The position numbers were made by a program, and so were the translations under genes. This document shows positions 28,503-37,360 of a stretch of DNA of 64,000 nt, piece by piece. The stretch comes from an uncultured Gammaproteobacteria bacterium. Its GTDB lineage: Bacteria; Patescibacteriota; Microgenomatia; UBA8517. The notes beneath the pieces are model-generated. The model had not been told where the DNA came from. It saw only the letters and a list, made by a program, of their open reading frames with translations, and searched no databases. Every line of letters starts with the position of its first letter. Position 1 is the first letter of the stretch. The stretch is from contig CAYSAY010000002.1 of NCBI GenBank assembly GCA_964429215.1, positions 33,812-97,811 of the forward strand, given 5' to 3'.

Positions 28503-29054
28503 TTAATTATTTCTACAAGCAACTGCGTCTACCATCGCTGGTTTAATCATAGCTTCAAATGTTGCTTGCTGTCCGCTTGCAAAATATCCGATTACATCAC
28601 CTGTAGCTGAATCGATTATTTCAACATCATTACTCGCCCCCAAGACTCTTCTCATTCCGTACAAAGTTCTTTTGTTGGCTTCTGTGTATGAACCTTTTTC
28701 AACACACAACCTGCCTTTTTCAGGTTTTGGATCTGGCACTACTTTATAATCTGCACATGTTTCAAAATTTGTAATATGTCCAGGAGGTGTTGGTTCGCAA
28801 CTTGTGGATGTGCTGTTGTCACTATTTGCAGTTAAATCTTCTGTCGTGGTAGATGGTGCTGCCGTCCCATCGCTATTGTATGTGTCTTGTGCTAATGCAG
28901 GTCTACCATCACGATTGGTATCACCTGTTGCTGAAGTTATATCTGTATTTGATCCTTTATATATTGCAATTCCTCCTGCTGCAGCAGCTATCCCGAATAC
29001 AACAGCTGCTTGTATACCAAGATCTCTCCATGTTGCTCCTTCGTGTTCAGCCAT
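28503..29054 (-). CDS. hypothetical secreted/anchored protein, GC-rich gene
   Basis: N-terminal hydrophobic GIQAAVVFGIAAAAGGIAIY and an Ala/Thr/Ser-rich body. Codon usage is visibly more GC-rich than the neighbours. Confidence 0.35.
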   Translation of the reverse strand: MAEHEGATWRDLGIQAAVVFGIAAAAGGIAIYKGSNTDITSATGDTNRDGRPALAQDTYNSDGTAAPSTTTEDLTANSDNSTSTSCEPTPPGHITNFETCADYKVVPDPKPEKGRLCVEKGSYTEANKRTLYGMRRVLGASNDVEIIDSATGDVIGYFASGQQATFEAMIKPAMVDAVACRNN

Positions 29055-29140
29055 GCGGAATTATATGACTTTTTAATGTCTAATAGCAAGTTTTTAAAAC
29101 ACTTATTGACTTCGTGTATCCTTTGGTTTAATGTTAATTT

Positions 29141-29971
29141 ATGCTAGCTTCTGAATTAATTATATTTAAAGGTAAAAATATTAGAAGAAAATGGAATTCA
29201 AAAAATGAAAAGTGGTATTTTTCTGTAGTTGATATTATTTCAGTTTTGATCGATCAACAGGATCATAAACGGGCTCAGAGTTATTGGACAACACTTAAAA
29301 ATAGACTTAAAGATGAAGAGAGTCAGGTCATCACAAAATGTGACCAACTGAAAATGACAGCTTCAGATGGTAAAAAATATTTGACCGATGTAGCTGATGT
29401 TGAAACATTATTTCGTTTAATACAGTCAGTTCCTAGTCCTAAAGCAGAGCCTATTAAGTTGTGGCTTGCTAAAGTGGGTTATGAAAGACTTCAAGATATG
29501 TCCGATCCTGCAAGATCACTAAATCGCGCTCGTAATTACTGGCAAAAAATGGGAAGAAGTGAAAAATGGATACAACAACGGATGATGGGTCAGGAAACTA
29601 GAAATAAACTTACAGATTATTGGAAAACACATGAAGTAAATGAACAGAATGAATATGCAATTCTAACAAACATTATTCATGAAGAGTGGAGTGATTTGTC
29701 AGTTAAAGAATACAAAAAGTTAAAAAGTCTTAAAAGTGAAAATTTGCGTGATCATATGACTGAAGCGGAGCTTATTTTTTCTGCTCTTGCAGAGTTTTCA
29801 ACAAGACAAATTGCAGAAAAGTTGAATTCAATAGGATTTGAAGAAAATAAATTGCCTTCCAAAAAAGGTGGAGGAATTGCTAAACTTGCTAGAACTGAAT
29901 TGGAAAAGAAAATAGGTAAATCTATAATTTCCGACACAAATTATTTACCTGTTCGTAAAAAACTAAAATAA
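29141..29971 (+). CDS. DNA-damage-inducible protein D-like (Bro-N domain)
   Basis: N-terminal Bro-N-like IRRKWNSKNEKWYFSVVDIISVL; C-terminal LRDHMTEAELIFSALAEFSTRQIAEKL resembles DinD. Confidence 0.5.
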   Translation: MLASELIIFKGKNIRRKWNSKNEKWYFSVVDIISVLIDQQDHKRAQSYWTTLKNRLKDEESQVITKCDQLKMTASDGKKYLTDVADVETLFRLIQSVPSPKAEPIKLWLAKVGYERLQDMSDPARSLNRARNYWQKMGRSEKWIQQRMMGQETRNKLTDYWKTHEVNEQNEYAILTNIIHEEWSDLSVKEYKKLKSLKSENLRDHMTEAELIFSALAEFSTRQIAEKLNSIGFEENKLPSKKGGGIAKLARTELEKKIGKSIISDTNYLPVRKKLK

Positions 29972-29972
29972 T

Positions 29973-31007
29973 ATGGCAAATACTATCAAATGCAAGACTT
30001 GTGGGGCTATTATTGACGTGGCTGAGGAGTTAGCACATGATATTAAAGAATCTGTTGTTTTAGAGGAAAGGAAGAAGGCTCAAAATGAGGTTGATGAGGT
30101 TAGAAGAAAGTTTACGAATGATATGGGAAAGCTTCTTGATGAAATTAAAACACTTCGGGAAAAGGATGAAATGCGAGATATTGAGATGAAAAAGAAATTA
30201 ATGGAGAGTGAGGAAACAATAAAACAGGACGTAAGAAGAAAAACTGAAGAAGAACATCAATTAAAGGATGCTGAGAAAGAAAAGTTAATTCAAGATCTTA
30301 AAAAATCACTTGAAGATGCACAGAAAAAGGCTACTCAAGGCTCGCAACAGTCACAAGGTGAAAGTTTGGAATTGACTTTAGAAACTAAATTACGGCAAGA
30401 ATTCCCTAATGATGAGATTTCAGAAGTTAAAAAGGGAGTTAGAGGAGCTGATATAACTCAATTGGTTGTAGATAAATTAAATAGAAAATGTGGATCTATT
30501 CTTTGGGAATCTAAAAATGCTAAATGGAGTGATGGATGGATTGAAAAGTTAAAGGAAGATCAAAGACAGGCAAAAGCAGATCTTGCAGTTTTAGTTACAG
30601 TTAATCTTCCTGAAGGAATTAATACATTTAATTTTGTGCGTGGAGTATGGGTTTGTAGTTGGACTAGTTTTGTCCCTCTTGCACTTGCGTTACGCTTTAA
30701 TCTTATTAATATCTATTTTGAAAAACAGAATGCTGTAGGGGTTGATGAAAAAATGAAAGTTTTGTATGAATACTTAACTGGAAATGAGTTTAAACATAGA
30801 GTTGAAGGAATTGTTGAAGCCTTTGGCACATTACAAGATGATATTGAACGGGAAAAGAGATGGTTTTCTTCAAAATGGGCAAGGCAAGAAAAAGAAATAA
30901 GAAAAGTAATTGACCATACTCATGGTATGTATGGGGATTTACAGGGAGTTACAGGAAGAGCTTTACCTGAAATAAAATCATTGGAATTATCTGAAAATAC
31001 GGATTAA
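29973..31007 (+). CDS. DUF2130 family protein
   Basis: N-terminal CxxC and coiled coil. C-terminal GESLELTLE...CGSILWESKNAKWSDGWIEKLKEDQRQAKADLAVLV...MYGDLQG matches my recollection of DUF2130. Confidence 0.55.
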   Translation: MANTIKCKTCGAIIDVAEELAHDIKESVVLEERKKAQNEVDEVRRKFTNDMGKLLDEIKTLREKDEMRDIEMKKKLMESEETIKQDVRRKTEEEHQLKDAEKEKLIQDLKKSLEDAQKKATQGSQQSQGESLELTLETKLRQEFPNDEISEVKKGVRGADITQLVVDKLNRKCGSILWESKNAKWSDGWIEKLKEDQRQAKADLAVLVTVNLPEGINTFNFVRGVWVCSWTSFVPLALALRFNLINIYFEKQNAVGVDEKMKVLYEYLTGNEFKHRVEGIVEAFGTLQDDIEREKRWFSSKWARQEKEIRKVIDHTHGMYGDLQGVTGRALPEIKSLELSENTD

Positions 31008-31022
31008 ATGTGAGCGGGTAAC

Positions 31023-31093
31023 GGTAATCGAAACCGTATCTACTCCTTGGGAAGGAGTCATTCTACCACTAAACTATACCCGCATTTCATTCC
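31023..31093 (-). tRNA. tRNA-Gly (anticodon CCC)
   Basis: rc folds as GCGGGUA/UACCCGC acceptor, ACUCC/GGAGU anticodon stem with loop UUCCCAA, ACGGU/ACCGU T-stem, UUCGAUU T-loop; no encoded CCA. Confidence 0.8.
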
Positions 31094-31111
31094 GCTTTTA
31101 ATTATAGCAAA

Positions 31112-31726
31112 TTAACGAGGTAGGACTAGAATGTTTCCAGCATAAATTATATTTGGAGTAGTGATTTTATTTTCTCTTGCAATTTCTACCCATTTATAGC
31201 CATCACCGTAGGCTCTGACTGCAATTTTCCATAGTGAATCACCTTTTACTACCTCATAAGTTGCTGAAGTTAATGTAACTGGTTCATTTGAAGTAACAGA
31301 AGTGGCAACTTCTTCTGATTCGATAACCACATCATTTGATGCTACAACATCAATTTCTGGAATAACTAATTCTTGATCAACATCTAATACACTTGCATTA
31401 GGTAATTTATTTTCAGTTGCTATGTCAACCCATCTAAAACCATCTCCATAGTAGTTTTCGGCAATTGTCCAGAGACTTTCTCCTTTTTCGACTTTGTGAG
31501 TTTTCACTGTGGATTCAATAGAATTTGGTTGATCAAGCAACGCTTGTGGTATTGTTCCTCTGTCTGCTTTTAAATACTTAACTACTAAGGTTGAAACTAC
31601 AATTACTACCAAAATTCCCAAAAACATACTTATTGAAGTTTCATTCAACTTTATTTTTTTAAGAAGATTTTTTAATTTGTTTTCCAATTTAATTGCCCAA
31701 TCATCAGGGCAGAAGATATAAGACAC
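31112..31726 (-). CDS. membrane-anchored protein with two LysM domains
   Basis: N-terminal TM; two repeats of the GxSLWxIA..YGDGxxWxxIAxxN form. Confidence 0.65.
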   Translation of the reverse strand: MSYIFCPDDWAIKLENKLKNLLKKIKLNETSISMFLGILVVIVVSTLVVKYLKADRGTIPQALLDQPNSIESTVKTHKVEKGESLWTIAENYYGDGFRWVDIATENKLPNASVLDVDQELVIPEIDVVASNDVVIESEEVATSVTSNEPVTLTSATYEVVKGDSLWKIAVRAYGDGYKWVEIARENKITTPNIIYAGNILVLPR

Positions 31727-31975
31727 AATTTATATTAGTTGTTTATTGATGTCAAGTGGAGATCTGAATCATCTTGAAATTCCATAGTAGTTATTATTAT
31801 TGGTTGGATAGAATATTTTAAATATGAAACATATCCAACTGTAATATTTATTACTATAAGGAGTGCGACAAAAGATTTAAGTAATCCAAATTTCATGTCT
31901 GTATTGTATACTATAAGATATAATAAGTCAAAAATTGTACGTGTTTAGGACTCTAATGTTATAATTATTTGTATT

Positions 31976-32416
31976 ATGGCAACCATTTTTGAAAGTATTA
32001 ATTTTATTGTTGAATCTAAAGAAAAACCAGAAATTGATAGGCTTGAAGGTGGTCATATAAAAATATCTCCAAAGATAGAAATAGAAGATCGAACTAAATT
32101 AACTCCACAACAGGCAATTGAATTAATGAGGCTAACTATAGTTGTTGGAATAGCCATGAAAGAAGGAATGAAAAAGTCTGGTATAAATATAGGCAGAATT
32201 AATTATCAAGATAATGGAAATTGGACTCCTCATTTTCATATTCATTTGTACGGTCGAGCAATTGACGCCAAAATTCAAAAGTTTGGTGACCCGATTATTA
32301 GTGGATATAGGGAAGAATACAAACCTTTAAATTCAGATGATATTACAAATATAAAAGAAGAGATTGAAAATCAATTTAAATTGGAAAAGTTTCTGGATTC
32401 TTCTTGGGGACTCTGA
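31976..32416 (+). CDS. HIT-like (histidine triad) family protein
   Basis: PHFHIHLYGR fits the HxHxHxx HIT motif. Confidence 0.45.
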   Translation: MATIFESINFIVESKEKPEIDRLEGGHIKISPKIEIEDRTKLTPQQAIELMRLTIVVGIAMKEGMKKSGINIGRINYQDNGNWTPHFHIHLYGRAIDAKIQKFGDPIISGYREEYKPLNSDDITNIKEEIENQFKLEKFLDSSWGL

Positions 32417-32459
32417 TTGTATCTGTGAGAAATTTATCAATCAATTAATTATTTCGTTT

Positions 32460-32538
32460 CTAATTTGTAATGCGGTACGTTAAACGTACCAATTGCCAAG
32501 TTAAACTTGGCGGAGTCAATGGTACGAGTTTAGAACTT
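32460..32538. repeat. copy 1 of local repeat family: 16-mer CTAATTTGTAATGCGG, a 38-nt twin-hairpin insert, then a 25-mer AGTCAATGGTACGAGTTTAGAACTT
   Basis: Direct reading. The insert tacgttaaacgtaccaattgccaagttaaacttggcgg has two 6-bp-stem/UAA-loop hairpins. The flanks are identical to copy 2. Confidence 0.5.
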
Positions 32539-32575
32539 TAATATAGAATGTTTTAGGTGATATTATTACAATAAA

Positions 32576-33166
32576 ATGGAAAGCACTCAGAGAGAAAATA
32601 CTCAATCGAATAATTTTTCGTGGCGTGATGCATTAGAAGATCATAAAGAATGGCTTCAAACGGATATTCCTTTTGGAGAATACCATGGATTTAATTATAA
32701 GGAAGCTGGCTTCGATCTTGAAACTCAAATGAAACAAAGGAGAGACGGAATAATTATTGATGTTGGCGGTCCAACTCGTACATTTGGCGAAGCATTTAAT
32801 GTTGACTCAAGTGCATTCAAAAGAGTATTTAGTACAAATATATCCAAAAAAGCTTATACGTTTTCATCCGAAAATGTCGATTTTCAAGCTGATGGTAGGA
32901 AGTTACCGCTTTCTTCAGATTCTGTAGATGTTGTTTTTGCCGAAGGAGTTATGAGACCGTTGGCTTCTGGCTTCATAGAAGAGGGAGCTAGAGTGCTTAA
33001 ACAAAACGGGTTAATGTTAATTCATTCGTGCAACGAAGCCTCTATCAAAATAGGTGAAAATCTTGGCTTAGAAGTTAAGGAAATTGTTAATGTAGATGAA
33101 AAAGATCCTGGTGACCTATTTCTAGTTGTGTTTCAGAAATTGGTTGATGTAAAGCCTGAGAATTAA
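32576..33166 (+). CDS. class I SAM-dependent methyltransferase-like protein
   Basis: IIDVGGPTRTFGEAF (motif I-like), DVVFAEGVM, ARVLKQNGLMLIHS. Confidence 0.45.
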   Translation: MESTQRENTQSNNFSWRDALEDHKEWLQTDIPFGEYHGFNYKEAGFDLETQMKQRRDGIIIDVGGPTRTFGEAFNVDSSAFKRVFSTNISKKAYTFSSENVDFQADGRKLPLSSDSVDVVFAEGVMRPLASGFIEEGARVLKQNGLMLIHSCNEASIKIGENLGLEVKEIVNVDEKDPGDLFLVVFQKLVDVKPEN

Positions 33167-33258
33167 ACATACTCCAAATTAAGTTAGTATTTTTTTTAAA
33201 TATATCAGAAGTTCTAGTCCCATCACGGGGTATATGCAGTTTGATATAGTTATTGAAG

Positions 33259-33299
33259 CTAATTTGTAATGCGGAGTCAATGGTACGAGTTTAGAACTT
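33259..33299. repeat. copy 2 of local repeat family (16-mer + 25-mer, no insert)
   Basis: ctaatttgtaatgcggagtcaatggtacgagtttagaactt is identical to the copy-1 flanks. Confidence 0.5.
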
Positions 33300-33319
33300 A
33301 CAAATAAGGTAAACAACTC

Positions 33320-33655
33320 TTATCCTTTCTCCCCCCACGCTTTTTTTCTAAGTTTCTTTAGAAGTTCTTCTTCCGCTGGGTTCTGATCGACAAACTCCAT
33401 GCTCTCAAGTCTACGAAGCATACCATTTTCACTTGGAGATAATCTTGGATATTGAAAATCAGGATCATCTATAAGATTTGATATAGCGTCAAGATTTTGA
33501 AGTAGTTTTTTAACATGCGTTTCTTCTACTTCTGATGATCCTCGCTCATTAGCTTCTTCAGCTCCTTTGATGTGAGTGTCTGCAGATTCTAAAAATGCAT
33601 TAAAAAACAAATTTGATGCAGTCGGTCTATTTTCTTGGTTCTTTTTTTCTGACAT
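33320..33655 (-). CDS. hypothetical protein
   Basis: 111 aa charged ORF. Confidence 0.3.
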   Translation of the reverse strand: MSEKKNQENRPTASNLFFNAFLESADTHIKGAEEANERGSSEVEETHVKKLLQNLDAISNLIDDPDFQYPRLSPSENGMLRRLESMEFVDQNPAEEELLKKLRKKAWGEKG

Positions 33656-33734
33656 ATTATAATTTATCTTAATTATATCAAAAGTTCGAAAATAATTATT
33701 AAAATTGAATAATTGATATATTTAGATATACTTT

Positions 33735-34079
33735 TTGTGCCTAATTTGTAATGCGGGATCGACGAGACTCGAACTCAGGTCTATAGCTTGTACTCGAAAT
33801 ATATTAAAACGTGTTCAAGTAAAGTATGGTGATGGTAAATCGTCAAATAGTCAGGGTGCTATCGTTGTAAAATTAGATTATGAGAATAGGAGAAAAGATA
33901 ATTTCACCTATAAATCTTCCGAAGTAGATTTACTTGTTGTTTACATACCAAAAATAGATAAACTTTGTAGTTTTCCACTTGAAATATTTGAAGGTAAACG
34001 TAAATTAACTATTCGAATTGAGAAACCAAAAATAAATCTTGTAAAGGGTATTATTTTTGCAAAAGATTATTATTGGTAG
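33735..34079 (+). CDS. hypothetical protein (start uncertain; overlaps repeat copy 3)
   Basis: 114 aa ORF; the DLLVVYIPKIDK segment is faintly nuclease-like. Low confidence. Confidence 0.3.
   Translation: MCLICNAGSTRLELRSIACTRNILKRVQVKYGDGKSSNSQGAIVVKLDYENRRKDNFTYKSSEVDLLVVYIPKIDKLCSFPLEIFEGKRKLTIRIEKPKINLVKGIIFAKDYYW
33741..33776. repeat. copy 3 of 16-mer CTAATTTGTAATGCGG fused to an inverted 24-nt copy of the tRNA-Asp 3' end (T-arm + acceptor)
   Basis: 33753-33776 is the exact reverse complement of 34363-34386 (gagttcgagtctcgtcgatcccgc). Confidence 0.55.
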
Positions 34080-34125
34080 CGATTATTTGCTTTTTAATGT
34101 AAAATTGCATTGTAAAACTTTAGGT

Positions 34126-34387
34126 GGGGTCGTAGCTCAATTGGTTAGAGCGCTTCCCTGTCGATTTGTGGCAGCTCTTTCTAGCAATATTAAGATGTTA
34201 AATCAGGCTAATTCGGGGAAACCTTTAAAATGGTAATCCCGAGCTAAATCACCGATTAAATCGGTGTAAATGTGTAGAGACTATATACCTGACAACCCTA
34301 GTGGTTGATGAGATAGTCCAAGCTTTAAGGAAACTTAAAGATCGTTGCACGGAAGAGGTTGCGAGTTCGAGTCTCGTCGATCCCGCC
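34126..34387 (+). tRNA. tRNA-Asp (GUC) interrupted by a ~186 nt group I intron (34162-34347) in the anticodon loop
   Basis: Exons: GGGGUCG UA GCUC AAUUGGUUA GAGC G CUUCC CUGU | CAC GGAAG AGGUU GCGAG UUCGAGU CUCGU CGAUCCC G CC. The intron follows U and ends in G. Inside are AAUUCGGGGAAACCU and GUGUAGAGACUAUA, like the J3/4-P4 and P7 elements of small IC3 tRNA introns. A candidate IGS GUGG can pair with exon CUGU. Confidence 0.7.
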
Positions 34388-34406
34388 TAGAGTTTTACAA
34401 TTAAAT

Positions 34407-34655
34407 TTAAACAACAATAACAACCTTACCTTTGAAGTTTTTTAAGGCTAAATTAGATCTTTCTCCTCCTTCGTTTTCAATTGTTCCGTTTTCAATAGCT
34501 AGATATCCACGAATTCCCTTGTCCGTTTCGTTAAAATGTTGACCGCGGTTTTTAAGTACCATCATTACATTTCCTACCACTCGAAATTCATGTATCATCC
34601 CATCATCTATCGGACTTAAATCTTTCCTCATAATTTCAGTATAGTCTTTTATCAC
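34407..34655 (-). CDS. hypothetical protein
   Basis: 82 aa ORF. Confidence 0.3.
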   Translation of the reverse strand: MIKDYTEIMRKDLSPIDDGMIHEFRVVGNVMMVLKNRGQHFNETDKGIRGYLAIENGTIENEGGERSNLALKNFKGKVVIVV

Positions 34656-34766
34656 AAAAATATAGTATTAAAATATCCTATATTTTGACTTATGACCTAT
34701 AATATGTTATATTTTCTTCATCAAATTCGCTTGCGAAATTGATATATCCTAAGTGTGAGGTGAAAA

Positions 34767-35036
34767 ATGGTTGCAGTTGTGACAGGAATATTTGGTGGTG
34801 GTGTTGTTTATGCTAATCCAGAGTTAACAGTTACTTTCGAGGATGAAACCTCGGTCTTTGCCAGATATGTTGACAAAGATAAGTTTGTTGATTCGCTAGA
34901 AAAGCTAAACGATGAGGAATTGGCCATCGGCCTTTTCCTGATCATCAAAAATAGAAATGTCGTTACAATTAGTTGCGAAAGTCATGAAGTTCATCTAAAT
35001 CGAAATGAACTACTTGATAAATTATATAGCAGCTAA
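34767..35036 (+). CDS. hypothetical protein
   Basis: 89 aa ORF followed by a terminator. Confidence 0.3.
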   Translation: MVAVVTGIFGGGVVYANPELTVTFEDETSVFARYVDKDKFVDSLEKLNDEELAIGLFLIIKNRNVVTISCESHEVHLNRNELLDKLYSS

Positions 35037-35038
35037 AC

Positions 35039-35092
35039 CAAACCCTCATCTTGATGCTTCGGCATACAAGCTCTGAGGGTTAGTTTTTTTCT
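35039..35092 (+). terminator. Rho-independent terminator
   Basis: aacccuca...ugaggguu long stem followed by aguuuuuuu. Confidence 0.5.
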
Positions 35093-35109
35093 TCTGGTAT
35101 ACTTAATTC

Positions 35110-36789
35110 ATGACTAATTTGGAGATTTCAGAATTACTTCGCAATGTAGCTTCAGCTTACCAATATCATGATCAAAACAAATACAAATTCCAAATAATTG
35201 CTTACAATCGCGCTGCTGACTCCATTGAACACGCTAACTCTGAACTTAAAGATCTTTGGGATGATGGAAAACTTGATGAACTACCTTCAATTGGAAAATC
35301 CATTGCTGAGCATTTAGACGAAATATTTCGAACTGGAAAATCAAAACATTTTGAAGAACTTATGAAAGATATACCTCAGGAGGCTTTTACTTTGATGGTG
35401 CTTCCTAAAGTAGGACTTAAGACTGCAATGAAAATGATAGGCGAATTGCCTAAAGAAGAATTGGCAGAAAAAATAAAGGAAGCCGAGTTGATATTAAACA
35501 AAGTTAAAAGGCATTTACTACCATACGCCGAAACTATAGCTTTAGAGGTCACAGAATGGTTAAAAGAAGTGCCTGGTATAGAAAAGATGGATACATTAGG
35601 CTCTCAACGAAGGAAATGCGCTACAGTAGGGGATATTGATATTGTTGTTGCAACTTTAAATTCTGCCGAAGTTATGAAAAGATTTATTGCTTTCCCTAAA
35701 ACTCAAAAGATTATTGAACAAGGGGAACATACTGCGTCACTTTTACTTCCTGGTAATGTACAAGTTGATTTACTTGTGATGGAACCTTCTCGATATGGTT
35801 CAGCTTTACAGCATTTTACAGGTAGTAAGTTTCATAATATAGCTCTGCGTGAGCATGCCAAGAAAATGGGATATAGTTTGAATGAATACGGAGCAAAAAA
35901 AGAGAACAGTAATGAGCGTTTAGCCTTTAAAACTGAAGAAGAGTTTTATAATTTTCTAAAACTTGATTATATTGAACCTGAACTTAGAGAGGACACAGGC
36001 GAAATTCAAGCGTCTATTAACAATTCTCTGCCTGACTTAATTACTCTAGGTGATATCAAGGCTGATTTGCAAATTCATAGTAATTTTGACATTGAAACAT
36101 CACACGATTTGGGAATTAACTCGATGGAGGAGATTGCAATTAGGGGCCATGAATTAGGATATGAGTATTTAGCATTTACAGAACATAACCCAAGTAAAAA
36201 AGGTCATGGTGAAAAACAAATAGAAGATCTCTTAAAAAAGAAGAAAGAAATTGTAGAACAATTAAATTACTCGCATGAAAAGAGAGGAATATATTTATTC
36301 AATAGCCTTGAGATTGATATGGGTAAAGATGGATCTTTGCCTGTTTCCGTGAAAGGTTTGGAAACGCTAGATTTTGCATTGGTATCAATTCATTCAAGTT
36401 TTGACCTGCCTCGACTCGATCAGACGAGTCGGGTACTTGATGCTCTCTCTCATCCTAAGGTTAAGATTTTCGCGCATCCTACAGGACGTAAAATTAACGA
36501 AAGAGAAGGAGTTGAACTTGATTGGGATAAAGTTTTCGATTTTTGTCTTAAAAATAATAAATGGATCGAAATTAATGCTGACCCAATGAGGCTTGATCTA
36601 CCCGACACTTTAGTGCGTGATGCAGTAAAACTGGGAGTAAAACTTACAATGGGTACAGACACACATTCAATTGATATGATGGACAATATGAAGTATGGAA
36701 TCAATGTTGCAAGAAGGGGTTGGGCAGAGAAAAAAGATGTGATAAACTGTTTAAGTCTTGAAGACTTTAAACAAGAATTAAGAAAGTAG
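35110..36789 (+). CDS. polX: DNA polymerase X family protein (Pol beta-like domain + PHP domain)
   Basis: N-terminal helix-hairpin-helix/Pol-beta-like region, GDIDIVV nucleotidyltransferase motif, C-terminal PHP-type His/Asp-rich domain; 559 aa. Confidence 0.75.
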   Translation: MTNLEISELLRNVASAYQYHDQNKYKFQIIAYNRAADSIEHANSELKDLWDDGKLDELPSIGKSIAEHLDEIFRTGKSKHFEELMKDIPQEAFTLMVLPKVGLKTAMKMIGELPKEELAEKIKEAELILNKVKRHLLPYAETIALEVTEWLKEVPGIEKMDTLGSQRRKCATVGDIDIVVATLNSAEVMKRFIAFPKTQKIIEQGEHTASLLLPGNVQVDLLVMEPSRYGSALQHFTGSKFHNIALREHAKKMGYSLNEYGAKKENSNERLAFKTEEEFYNFLKLDYIEPELREDTGEIQASINNSLPDLITLGDIKADLQIHSNFDIETSHDLGINSMEEIAIRGHELGYEYLAFTEHNPSKKGHGEKQIEDLLKKKKEIVEQLNYSHEKRGIYLFNSLEIDMGKDGSLPVSVKGLETLDFALVSIHSSFDLPRLDQTSRVLDALSHPKVKIFAHPTGRKINEREGVELDWDKVFDFCLKNNKWIEINADPMRLDLPDTLVRDAVKLGVKLTMGTDTHSIDMMDNMKYGINVARRGWAEKKDVINCLSLEDFKQELRK

Positions 36790-36799
36790 GTGATTAATT

Positions 36800-37360
36800 A
36801 TGAATATAACATTAATAATATTAGCTGTAATAGTAATAGGCGCTTTTTGGGTTGTATCTATTTATAATTTTTTTGTATCTAGCAAAGCTCGTATTAAAGC
36901 TTCTGTGCAGGAAATTGGAAACCAACTTAAAAGACAATCAGATTTAATACCTAATCTTGAATCATCTGTAAAAGGCTATCTAAAGCATGAAAAAGGAATA
37001 CTTGAAATGCTTGCTGAGGCAAGAAAATTAGTTAGTAAGGGTAAAGATGCGTCAATACAGATTTCAGATGCACTTGCAGGTCTTAGAGTCGTTGTCGAAA
37101 GCAATCCAGAACTTAAGGCAAATACTGTTGTTGAGAATTTGATGGGTGAACTTCGAGATACATCTGACAAAGTAATGTATGCAAGAAGACTTATGATCGA
37201 CTTGACTGCTGACTATAACGTTAAAAGAGTATCTGTTCCATCAAATATCGTTGCAAACATGTTTGGTTTTACAGAACTTAAAGGTCTTGAAACTGCAGAA
37301 AGTGGTGAACACTTAACAGTAAGTGATGCAGAAATGAAAAGCCCTAAGGTAAATTTGTAA
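36800..37360 (+). CDS. lemA: LemA family protein
   Basis: N-terminal TM then the typical LemA sequence (QSDLIPNLESSVKGYLKHEKGILE...). Confidence 0.7.
   Translation: MNITLIILAVIVIGAFWVVSIYNFFVSSKARIKASVQEIGNQLKRQSDLIPNLESSVKGYLKHEKGILEMLAEARKLVSKGKDASIQISDALAGLRVVVESNPELKANTVVENLMGELRDTSDKVMYARRLMIDLTADYNVKRVSVPSNIVANMFGFTELKGLETAESGEHLTVSDAEMKSPKVNL

Noticed and set aside
33735-34079. Homing endonuclease assignment for the ORF just upstream of the intron-containing tRNA-Asp
   Set aside because: No LAGLIDADG, GIY-YIG, HNH or His-Cys box motifs are present, and the resemblance to PD-(D/E)XK is too weak.
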